From assembly GCF_030684315.1 (NCBI RefSeq), contig NC_081387.1, forward strand, positions 10,870,822 through 10,934,821: 64,000 bases of DNA, read 5' to 3'. Shown here one piece after another: positions 52,991 to 64,000 of this stretch (positions are counted from its first letter, which is position 1; each line of letters starts with the position of its first letter). Source of the stretch: Stegostoma tigrinum (lineage: Eukaryota). The position numbers and the translations under genes are program-made. The notes beneath the pieces are model-generated. The model had not been told where the DNA came from. It saw only the letters and a list, made by a program, of their open reading frames with translations, and made no database searches.

Positions 52991-55144
52991 TCAACGCTAC
53001 ATGAAATGTTAATACTCAGTCCCCGGACAACATTCAGTCTGTTGGTTCATTCAAGAACATGATCCCAGGATCCCTCTCCTTGTTGCGTAATTCGTTTTGC
53101 AGTGTCAATGGGTAATGATGCTTTTAGTTCTGGTTTTCATTACAAATACATGTTCAACACAAAATCAGTGGAATCCTCTGCATTATCAGCCTGGAGTTTC
53201 ACTGGTATCACAAATATTGTTCCTATCCATTTAACATGACGTTGCCTTTCATCTTTCTTGATTATGAGCCAATTTAAGTTGCAGGAAATTAATTCAGTTT
53301 GCCCTGACAGAAAAGGAAATGAATTTGACATTCTCATGTGATCTACTTTGGTCAAATCAAGAGCGAACAGAATACTACGACAAGATGTGGCAAAACCCAT
53401 CCAGAATTCTTTATTTGAAATTTCACAATTCTCACTCATTTCAATCTTCAGCCTCATATATCCGACGCCAAAGAGGCTTCCATCATTTTCGAGGACGTTT
53501 TGCTTACCTTTGAAAAGTAGAATGAGAAAGTCAAATTCAACATTTTAAAGACAATTGTATTCTGTGTGTTTCACATTCCAGTTCCTTCGTCTCATACACT
53601 GATTTGTTGAAGAGAAGCAAAAATCACCTGGCTCTTCGAACACTCGATCCATTGATTAAAAAATCAAATTAAATAACTTCATTGTGTTACATATCTAGAT
53701 TCATCAGTTTCTTTTTTAAAGCAACGTTTTACACATGCAGTCAATGCACCTGATTATGGAGGACACCCGGACAGATAAAGTGAGCTACTGCAAACTGATT
53801 TCATGCAATTTGAACACGTTACGACGCAACAGCAGAGAACACCGAGTTGTTCTATACTTTCAAATATTGCATTGACCTTCCGGATTGAGAGAATTGAGTT
53901 CAATCGATTTGTTTTAAATGCTGAGGTGTAACAGAAAACAGCACAGCACCGTTGAACAAATATGCGGCGACCACTTTAAGCAAAGGACAAATTCACCTAA
54001 ATAAATACAGAAGTTGCTTGAAAAGTTCAGCAGATCTGGCATCACCTGTGAAGAGAAATCAATATGAATGTTTCGGGTCCGATGGCCCATCCTCAAAACC
54101 ACACCTGAAGCATTCTTTCTGGTTTCGCTCAACAGATGCTGCCAGGCCTGCTGAGCATTTCCAGCAATTTCTGTCTTTTTGTTCACAGCATTCGCGGAAT
54201 TACAGGATCCGCAGTTCCTTCAGTATTGACGAAAATCTCCGAGTAGGCAATGCAGTTTCTTCATCACTATGTTTATCTTCGATCGCAGAGTTTTCATGTT
54301 TCATCTTTTCAACTTCAGGATAGGCCCATTGTTATGTATTCATTCGGTATTTCAATTACATATGAGTAATTCCTGGACATTTTTGACACTCATTTTCAAT
54401 TCTGGTTTCTCCTCTAAACATCTGATCTGCTGAAAGTACTTCTGTCCTCATTCTCCCTACATGTAACTTCTGCATCATTCTATCCTTGGGATCCAATGCC
54501 GAACAATTTTTGAACCCAGCAATCTTGTTATTTTTGGTTCTGTTGCCACTGAAAATGCGAACGGGAGGCACTGATGACTCTGTAAGAGCGGGCCGAAGGA
54601 CACGATGCTTGTGGCACTGTGCACACAGGACAGCAGACAGGACTCTGTGAATCGGTGTCACCAGTCCTAGTCAGAGAAAATTGATTAATCATTGTTCTCA
54701 TTGTTGATGTCAGGTTGAGGCGGACTGCAGTAGTGAAGTGACTGGACGCAGACAGTGTCCATGACATGAGTCCACATAAGATGCTAAAAAGACCAATTTA
54801 GCAATATTGATGTATCTGATGGAGAACAAACATACCACATTGAGATTTACACTTGTATCCTGACTGAGAATAGATAGACTATACTCTGTCTGTATCACTG
54901 GGCCTGAGGGAGAACAGACTAAGCACATTGTGTCTATGTCATTGCCTCTGGAGCAGAGCAGGCTACTTTGTTTCTTCTGCATGGAAGAGGTGGGAAAGCG
55001 CACCCAATATCTGCATTATTGAAACTCCAAAATCCTCTGGGGTGACAGAGAGTTTGCTGAGAAGAATGACAGCATTTCTTGTACACAATTGTTAAGATAT
55101 TAAATTAAAAATGATTTCTGATGCCTTGAGTTCATCAATGGCTC

Positions 55145-56046
55145 TCATCGGAAAATATATCTTGCAATGTGAGAAAAGGGATATTTGGCCACACTCTTCA
55201 ACTGCTCTCTGAATTTAGTTTGGATTATGGCATAAATGCATGTATTTGTGCAGCAACTCAGGAGCTGAAGCATATTTCCTAATCTGCCAACAAAATGAGG
55301 TACAATTGCAGACACACAACCTGAAAACCATAAATGAGCCCAGACTGAATATAAAATATGTATTGCCCACAAAAATATGAAATTTCCTGAAATTGCAAAT
55401 AGTAAAATTATAGATTTCATTCGGTTCTCTATCTCTGTGTCTCTGTCGCTCACTGTATTGCTCTGAGCCCGGAGTCTACTGCGTGCTTTATTGGAGACCA
55501 AAATGTGCCTGACAGTAAAACCATTCAGCAGGAGGATCAGAACAAATGGGAGACATGGAGTTACAGTGCTTTGAAGCAACTCGATTATAATCCGCTGCCA
55601 TACATCAAAAACATCAAATGTTGTTTGACAAAACCAAGGTAAGTTCACAAGTAAATACCGGCCTGTGAATGAAAAGTACCACACCGTGTTTTTTAAAAAG
55701 CTCAACACAGTCACAGTTCCAAGAACCACAGCCACAGTTTTCTCTGTACAATACTTAGTTTTCAGTCTCTGGTTGCAAATTGCCACAAATCGATCAAACG
55801 TGAAAGTGACAGTGAACCACACCGAACAGTCTGTGGCTGCATAAATAAAACATGTGTGGATATTGCACACACGGAAGGATTTCAAAAAATTAAAGCGTTT
55901 CCAATAAACAATAGGAATCTGCCTCAAGATCAGGTCAATGATAAGCACGATTAGATCTGCTGCTGCCATGGCCACCAGATAATGACTTACACCTTTCGAT
56001 AGGCCACACTTTCCCCGTGATAAGATCCCAATCGTCACTGCGTTAA
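55145..56046 (-). CDS. GPR139: GPR139/GPR142-like class A GPCR, exon 2, copy 3 (intact, DRF retained; exon 1 expected beyond window end)
   Basis: ORF 55145-56083 with acceptor AG at 56048-56047. Complete TM1(part)-TM7 with FDRFVAIC and NTCIY. Confidence 0.9.
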
Positions 56047-58884
56047 CTGAAAGGAAGAGAAAAAAAACAGGTATATTAATCACCTGCTCGATATAATGCT
56101 ATAAGCCTCTCTGATTAATTGTAATAAAATGGATATACATTAATAAATCTGTCATATTGTTAACTGCTGTAAACGGGACCTGAATTAAGTAAATTCTCAA
56201 TTATATCGAAGTGATTATTTATGGGGATAAAACAAAATGGCTGAAAAACATATTATAGATTCAAAAAAATGATTGCAGTTCTGACAAATGTTTCCCTGTA
56301 TTTGCAAAATAAAGAATATCATTTTCCTACATAATGTAGTGCAGAAGAGGTAAAGTGCAATCTGATGATGCAACATTAAGCTCAATGCTGCCACCTTAGA
56401 GTCGAAGTTAAAATTCATAAAATTCATAAAAATCATAAAATTGCATCAAGAGAAAATATTCTCCTTGAAGTCAGTTGGAAGAAGAAAATGGACAAATTTC
56501 CTGTAGTTCGAAAAGATGCATTATTGAATCAGCAAAATCTTTTTCATGCATCAAATGTTCCGTTCTACTTGCACCGGCTCATTGGTGGAGGCAGGAGCAG
56601 TGTGCACAGGATTAAGGAGAAAGCAGATTTTTACCAAAAATGGATGAATATTCTGCAATGCACAGACAGGAAAGGGAATGATACCAATTTTACTAAATTA
56701 ACTCATCATAACCTTATGTAAATAATGTCACTGATGGAAAACAAATTTCAAGTCCTTTTTTTCAATGACGTGAGACATCTGAAGTTCTTTTTCCTGTTGT
56801 CACGCAGCTATTGGGTATGTGCATGAAGGAGTGCACACAATAAAATACCGAAAAATTACCTACTTCAACAAAATACCATCTTGTATTTTTTTTTACAATA
56901 CGGAGATAAAGTGAACAGCAAATTAGTGCTTCCACGATCTTACGGACTCCCTGACCTGTAAAATATTTTGGCGTTATATTACATCAAATCATTGATTGGA
57001 AAGGAGTACACGGAAAGTCGAAAGTAAATACTTCTCAAGGTAAATCACTTTTGTTCTGATAACACATTATAGACAGGACGAAAAATCGGTGTGTTATCAA
57101 GATGCTATCAAATGAGCTGACTTCAGAAACATTAGAGTGCGGCTCTCGACACACTCTGCACACGCTTGTCTGATCAGAGAATCAAGTATCTGTTTCTTCA
57201 GATGGACATATTAACTGTTGAAACGTTGAAAGTGATGATATGCAATTCATTCCACTCAATATACTAAAGCAAGTTCCTCCTGAGAATAATTCGCTAGATC
57301 TATTGATGTGACATTGTAACAACAGCAACAGAATGGAATACATTATTTAGGAATTCATGTCTGCTTCCAGAAACTTACCAGCAACACCAATAGTACCAAG
57401 GAGAGGATAGTAAATCTTTTCTATTTCAAAACTGAAGAAAAATATCTCGTCCATCACACTATAACTCCTTTTTCATCCTTGCACTTTCTGAAAAGCCGTT
57501 GATCATTATTCATGCTGGTGACATTGAAACATGGTTTATAAATAGAAGTGGAAATCCCTTTGGTGATTGTGATAAAATCCTTGGAGGCTGGCATTAATTT
57601 GCGTTCATGTTGTAAAACAACATGAGACAATTCAAACAAAATAATCACAATGGATTTATGATGATAAAATTTATTAAAAACACAAAATTTTCTGAAAACT
57701 AAAACCGTTTCATTTGAGAAGCTAAGGACAGTACGAAGGGAGCACAGACAGGGGTTTGGTGGAAGGACTGACAACGATGTTACTTCTTGTCTATTCACAG
57801 AATAACTCCTGGGCTGTGGGATATCTGCAACGACATTCCAATTTCAATGGCTGGCTTACCATCCTGAGAAATCTTTCCAAAGGATGACACTGTCAAGATC
57901 ACCACCAAAAATGAAAGTCAGCTCAGATCTAATGGTTGGTTATACGGTAAGAATATTGTCTACCAAGGATGATGCAATGGAAAGATGTATTTGATTGGCA
58001 GTTATGATCATGAGCCCTGTATTGGGGCAAAAGGAGGGGGAAAAAACCTAGAATAATGTCATCCAGCCAAGCCCTATTGAGATGGAACTACTCCATATTT
58101 TGTTCCAATTCCATATCTCTCTCCTTCACATCCATTACGTTGCTGTGGCACATCTCAGTAGAATAGAAAAAAGACCCCGTCTGAGCCCAGGTGTTTCAAT
58201 TCTCAAGCATTCTCCATCTGCTAATCCAGCAATTGCATTGATTGGAATGGGGTGGTGGTATTATCTCGACATTAAATCCTTGTGAAATTCCCTACCAGCA
58301 AATAATTGTGCATTAAATATTGCAAAATAGCTATGAGGCACATTTTCTGGTGAACCACTTCTCACCATCGCCCAGACACAGCAGGATGTCAAAATAAACA
58401 TAAAGGTTCCATATTCTAAAAATAACTCCCTTTCTCACGCACCCAACCCCTCACAGGACCATGAAAATTCCAGAAACAGAGTGAGTTCTGTATTGGTGAG
58501 TTCCCTTCATTATACAGCACAAACCATCCCCAAACACCCCGCCCAATGTGCATCTCACCAACAACACTACACTCCTTCCCACACATGCACACAGCAACAT
58601 TTGTCTACACCAACTCACTCCTCCAACTGTGCATTAGCATTGTCGGCTTTGGAGAGTCACTGACTAGTTCCAGCTAAGAAATCTGAGCTTCAGTTGATTC
58701 ACATCCCAGTAATGTCAAATGTTTGTGAACCCAGGACAGGAAATGAGACCACAATCCTGACAAGTCATCCTACCAAACAGCTAACTGAGCTAACCGACAC
58801 TTAACTCTCCAGTTGGCTGATCCAAAAAAGGTTTCCTTGTTCGTTTTCCAAACCTACCATTAGGAAAAGTTGAAAGTAACTGAT

Positions 58885-60015
58885 TCACTTTGGGACAACA
58901 TGGTATCGACGTGTCTGTACAGAGCAGACCGAGAAGCATCAGAGGAGCAGGAAATCTGACGTTTTGGGTCTTGGCCCTTCTTCAGAAATTGGAGAAGGGA
59001 AGGGAATTCTGCAACGAATAGGGATAGAGGGGAAGGTGGATAGAAGATGGATGAAGCAGAAGATTGGTGGAGAGGAGATAGACAGGTCAAAGAGGTTGGG
59101 TTGATGCCAGTGAAGGTGAATCTAGTAGGGGATTTAGGGAGGGGATAGGTTGGTCCATGGTGGACGGACAGGTCAAGGAGGCAGAATGACGTTTGTGGGT
59201 AGAAGATGTGGATGGGGCTTGAGGTGGGAGGAATGGCTAGAAAGGCAGGGAGTAGCTCAGCTGCTTTTGGAATGCAGTAGTAGGAGGGGAAATTTTGAAA
59301 TATGAGGTACTGCTCCTGCAGCTTTTCGGCAGTGTCATTGTGGCACTGAGCATAGCAGTTCCTCTTATCTCTGCAGCAATTTTAATGCCAGTGCAAAGCA
59401 TCTTCTAAGGATGATTGCAAAACACCCACAGTCAGTTTGCAATAAACAAATACACCTCCCAGTCGGGAACCATTTCAAATCCCGCTCCCACTCCTTGGAC
59501 GACACGTTCATCCTGGGCATCCTGCATTGGCACAGTGACACTACCCGAAAGCTGCAGTTTCAGCATCTCAGATTTCGCTTGGGAAACCTACAGCTTGATG
59601 TTATCAATGTAGACTTCACAAGTGTCAGTATCTCCCCGAAACCGACTGTATCCCAAAACAAGCTCCAGCCCCGTTTCCTGCCAAACTACTCACCTCATCC
59701 TGCCTTCTTGAACAGTCTGTACTCTCTGGATCAACAGGACCCCTCCCTAACTCCCCACTTACATTTGCCTTCACTGGCTCCAATCCCGTCTCTTTGACCT
59801 GTCTGTCTCCTCTCACCCTAGCTTCTCCTTCATCCATCTTCAATCCGTCTCCCCCTCTATACCTCATTATTTCAAAATTCCCTTCCCCTCCCACCTTTCT
59901 GAAGAAGGATCTCAATCCAAAACATCAGCTTTCCTCCTCCTATGATGCTGCTTGGCCTGCTGCGTACATCCAGCTCGACACCTTGTTATCTCAGATTCTC
60001 CAGCAGTTCCTATTA
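58885..60015. mobile_element. Penelope-like inverted pair, unit 3 copy
   Basis: Paralog of 4765-5895. ORF 59411-59797 has HLPVGNHF..SHSLDD..LRFRLGNLQLDVINVDF. Confidence 0.8.
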
Positions 60016-62033
60016 TCTCTGCCACTTGTGGATTTGCTGGTGATCTGTCCTCCCCTAGAGATCCAGCTCCAGACCATGCTGCCTCATTTTAGAGAATATC
60101 AGACCAAACCTGACAGTCAATCAAATAGGTGGAAGGCAATTGGTGGGAAGTTTTCAGGAAGGAGGGCCTCAGGGAAGTGGGCATGCTGCCAAAAGGCATC
60201 AAACAAATGTATTCGTTTCGATTTCCACTCAGCAACCTCACGGGGAGGAAGTCACTGCTGCGTGGAAATCAACCATCAGAGGCCCAGATCCTTGTTCCAT
60301 TCATTGATACTTCTCAGCAATGGCTGCAGACATTTCATGATGTTAAAGCTGTGGGGAAAGAATGTGGGCAGTCGAGGAAGATTTATCAACAGGAGAAGGG
60401 AGGTGTCATCTCATATTTATTTTTCGCCCCCACCCCTGACCGAAAGTCACTCATCCTGTCACCAAATGCCTTTTGAATTGTGAAGCCCAGAGAATAGTAC
60501 CTGAAGTCACACCGGGTTCAATTCTTATATTCCCCACGTCGCTATACAAGTATAGATGACTGAGGATTCAAACACCTATCACCCACCCAATAAAAACCTC
60601 ACGCACACCCCCAAACCCTGCCGTTTCTGAACACAACATGGAATGAGGGAGATCAATCTGACCAAGGCCAATTTCTGGGAATTTACATCCCCACACGCTC
60701 TGGATTATGATTCCAGGAGGTGCACTCTCTTCATGAGTTCTCAGTTTTGTGTCCCTGATCATTTCTGAGCAGGAGTGTTTGAGCCAGTAGCTTCATAGTC
60801 ATGTGGGATTTCTCTCTTTTGTTTCGAAGCACAAAACATGTTGATTTCTCAGCTAATGTATTTTACTTGCAACTAACATCAAAGTACACGATGTTCGAAT
60901 AACAGTTATGTTTCAACTACAAGCCAATATCATCGAAAAGTTTGTATTATCGACATTTAAGTTCCTATCTGGATCATAAACGTGTATTTGTTGCCATATT
61001 TTCAATACATTCTGCATTTTGTTGCTTTGTTCTCTCCACTGTGAAGCTGTCTTACACTTCAGGTGTAGTGGAGCTGTGTTTTGCTAATCTGAATATTATT
61101 TGTTCAGAAGGAACTGCTGTATTCTATGAATCGGGATTCATTCAAATTTTGGTGGGAAATATCTCTGCTATTGACTTAATCCATCAACTCAACACACAGG
61201 GAACAAAAACAAGCTTGATAGCTGGCACAACACAATAAAATGTTAGGAACATGGACGAGCACTTTGTCACAGTGTCCAAGTTTCATTCCATACCTTCAGG
61301 CTCTTTGTGACAATCAGAGCATTTCCAATATTCCACGGATTCTAGCTGCACACATTTTACACAAATATGGTGGATTATTATCAATAACTGAATGCTTAAT
61401 TCGTTGGTTTTATGTTCTTATTCAAGTGAGGATTATTTTAATGCTAATGAAGATGAGTAATTCATTTGAGGAGCCAAACAGATGCATTGACATCAGGCTA
61501 ATCCCACATGACTGTGAACAATTAGGAGAGCTCTTCTTTTAATTTCCAAAGACTCTTTCTGAAATAAGGAATTAGCTATTATCAAAATACCTAAATGACA
61601 TTTGCTATAAACATTCAAAGAGTGTACGATGATGAGAATGTCATGTCATTTAATGATTTGAAGATAGTGGATCTGTTCTGTGACACTTTAGGAAGGCAGT
61701 GATATCTTGTTAATGAGCACAATATCATCAAATGAAATATTCTCACAGAACAACTTTATGCTGTATTTGATGATGCGTAAATAATAGGTAAGTTTACCAT
61801 CTCATTCCTTCAAAAATCTACTCGAATAAGTAGCATCAATTTTACCAACAGGAAGCATACGAATCAGTTGTTATGTTTAAAACGTCATTCAGATCTTACA
61901 TATAAGTGTCAACTTGACACATAATCGGGCACAATTAAACTAAAATCCTGCTGTACATTTGAATATAAATGAAGGAAAATCAAATCAATTATATTTCTGA
62001 AAAGTGCACAAAATTATACTCGTAGCTTTTCTT

Positions 62034-63446
62034 TCATTTTGTTGTATCGATAATTTTGTACTTGCATGAGAGAAGATTCTTGAAGGTTTTCTTGAAGATG
62101 GCATTGCACAGAGCATAACAGACTGGGTTGATGGTGCTGTTGATGTAACAGAGCCAATATCCAATGGTCCACATTGTGTCAGGGATACAAATTGAGCAGA
62201 AAGTGCTCAACACCATCATGACATTGTATGGGGTTCCACTAATGATGTATGCAAGGATGATAGCTAGTATGGTTCTGGTTACCTGATTCTCTCGAGATTT
62301 AGATACTTTCTTCGATGTATTCCTGTTTATGTTACCTAAATTATGGCCTGTTCTTATCATTGGGACATTCCTTTTCTTCCTGTTGATATTTGGGAGTATT
62401 CCTGCTGGGTTGCCACAGTCCACATCTTTTTCAAATTTACAAATTCCCTTCATTGAGAAGCAATTGGAGTTGTCAATCCGAAAATAATTTTGTCCCACAT
62501 AAACGCTTGTTTTGCCTTGGATTGCTTCTTCCTGATTCTCATTCGCAGGCAATGCATTGAGATAAGTTGAATCATTAGTGAGCTCATCTTGATGACTTTG
62601 GTCATAGCCATCAACTGTCAATTGCCCGGGTATTTTGCCACTTTGCACTTGATCATGCAGAGGCACAACAGGAATTGTTGGAATTCTGTTATTATTTGTT
62701 TTTGCTATTTTTTCTTTCACTGGGCTGGAAGAAACTGTGGAATTACTTGTTTCAGGTGCTGTTTTATCTTGTTTAATTCGGCATTTGCTTGCACGAGATA
62801 TGAATGTGTACAGAGTCACCATGATTATAGCAGGGAGATAGAAAGAAGCTGTACCGATACTGAGAGTGACAGCTGGATTTGAGAAGAATTGTACATTACA
62901 CTCACCTTCGTTAACTGTCCGCTCCCCTACGATGTACTGCCAGAAGATAATGGGCGGCGCCCACAGGATAAATGGCAATCCCCAAGCAGCTGCAATCATC
63001 ATCAAGACCATCTTCGGTCTTTCCTTCACAGGGTAGTGAACCGGCTTTGTCACGCAGAAGTAGCGATCAAGGCTGATCATGAGGAGGTTCAAGGAAGAGG
63101 CATAGCTGACAACATAATCTACAGCAAGCCAGAAATCACATGCCACTGGACCCAGAGGCCAGTATCCAACCACAATGTAAACGGTGTATAAGTTCATAGA
63201 GAATGCACCAATAATGAAATCCGCACAGGCTAAGCTGATAATAAAATAGTTATTAATAGTTCGCAAATGTCTGTTGACTTTGATAGATACTAGGATCAGA
63301 ATGTTTCCAACAATGGTCACCAAACTTAGAGATCCTGCTGCAATAACAATGAAGACCATTCCCACTGTATTACAGGAACTCCCTCCTGCAACATCAAACA
63401 ATCCATTAGTGCTGTGAGATTCATTTGTCTCCATTACATTGGTCAT
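62034..63446 (-). CDS. CHRM2: Muscarinic acetylcholine receptor M2-like, copy 3 (470 aa)
   Basis: Same motifs; one-codon deletion in the N-terminus. ATG at 63446. Confidence 0.95.
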   Translation of the reverse strand: MTNVMETNESHSTNGLFDVAGGSSCNTVGMVFIVIAAGSLSLVTIVGNILILVSIKVNRHLRTINNYFIISLACADFIIGAFSMNLYTVYIVVGYWPLGPVACDFWLAVDYVVSYASSLNLLMISLDRYFCVTKPVHYPVKERPKMVLMMIAAAWGLPFILWAPPIIFWQYIVGERTVNEGECNVQFFSNPAVTLSIGTASFYLPAIIMVTLYTFISRASKCRIKQDKTAPETSNSTVSSSPVKEKIAKTNNNRIPTIPVVPLHDQVQSGKIPGQLTVDGYDQSHQDELTNDSTYLNALPANENQEEAIQGKTSVYVGQNYFRIDNSNCFSMKGICKFEKDVDCGNPAGILPNINRKKRNVPMIRTGHNLGNINRNTSKKVSKSRENQVTRTILAIILAYIISGTPYNVMMVLSTFCSICIPDTMWTIGYWLCYINSTINPVCYALCNAIFKKTFKNLLSCKYKIIDTTK

Positions 63447-64000
63447 CCTTTTGTCGTGATGCACAGATATCAAATCCCTAAATGCATGAAAGAAAGGAAA
63501 GATTGAAATAAATTGTAACTTCACAGGGCTGTGTTTATGGCTGTTCTGAAATTTCTAACATCAAGAGGACCAAAAGTAGTCTCAACACATTAACTTCATT
63601 CTCTTCTCGAAGCGACACACTATTTGGTTTGAAATTGTCTCGGAAATCACTATTTTAAAAATTATCTAAGACAGTCAATTACTTTTATTGAACTAAGTGA
63701 AGATGTGCTTGGTAACATAGCAAACGTATAGCCCAGAACCAGTCTGAAATAACCCCATGCAGGCTGTGTGCTGTCATCCTGAATTGACATGTACCCAATA
63801 CACGATGGTGTTCGAGCACACTGAGATCCAGCTTCTCGGGTGAACAGAACACCACTCTCCTGTTTATATTCGTCATCCAGGACTCCTGCATCCTGCAAGT
63901 CGGTCTCCTGGCTGGGCATGGTGGAGGCTCAGCACCGTGCGGCAGTCTCTCAGCGGCCTTTGGTCCAATGTGGCCTCAGCGTGAACTTCCATCCTCCAGG

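Larger units (their letters stand above)
27941..54219. repeat. Tandem segmental duplication unit 2 (~26.3 kb)
   Basis: Colinear with unit 1. It is ~1.66 kb shorter, explained mainly by missing ~0.84 kb, ~0.6 kb and ~95 bp segments and by lacking a 91-bp insertion. Confidence 0.97.
54220..64000. repeat. Tandem segmental duplication unit 3 (partial, runs off window)
   Basis: Colinear with about 1-9900 of unit 1 and 27941-36990 of unit 2. Confidence 0.97.

Noticed and set aside
56047-56083. N-terminus MINIPVFFLFLS of the 312-aa ORF
   Set aside because: Intronic polypyrimidine tract upstream of the exon-2 acceptor.
59794-60483. 229-aa plus-strand ORF (166 aa in unit 2)
   Set aside because: It begins in a Penelope UTR, is frameshifted in unit 1, and has no recognisable domain.
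1-64000. Prokaryotic systems (CRISPR arrays, operons, rRNA)
   Set aside because: The sequence is vertebrate genomic DNA; no short regularly spaced repeats or rRNA were seen.

Overview
This is eukaryotic vertebrate DNA, very probably from a shark or ray, judged from HE1/V-SINE-type SINEs, CR1 and Penelope-type retroelement relics and a GPR139-like gene of the cartilaginous-fish type. The whole window is a head-to-tail tandem segmental duplication with about 2.4 copies of a 26-28 kb unit (1-27940, 27941-54219, 54220-end; boundaries set arbitrarily at the window start). Each unit carries two unrelated class A GPCR genes on the minus strand. One is a two-exon GPR139/GPR142-like gene. The other is a single-coding-exon muscarinic M2-like (CHRM2-like) gene that appears to lie inside the 16-18 kb intron of the first, on the same strand. 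All three M2-like copies keep Asp3.32 and the tyrosine lid, but share radical changes in the binding pocket and activation switches (W6.48G, N3.37Y, T5.42I, V3.40S, F6.44Y/S). Unit 1 looks to be decaying: its GPR139-like copy has a dead splice donor and two frameshifts, and its M2-like copy has DRY->DHY and N6.52Y. Units 2 and 3 keep open frames. The rest is degraded transposon sequence, including Penelope-type inverted pairs with hammerhead-ribozyme relics. All alignments and counts were done by eye, without tools.
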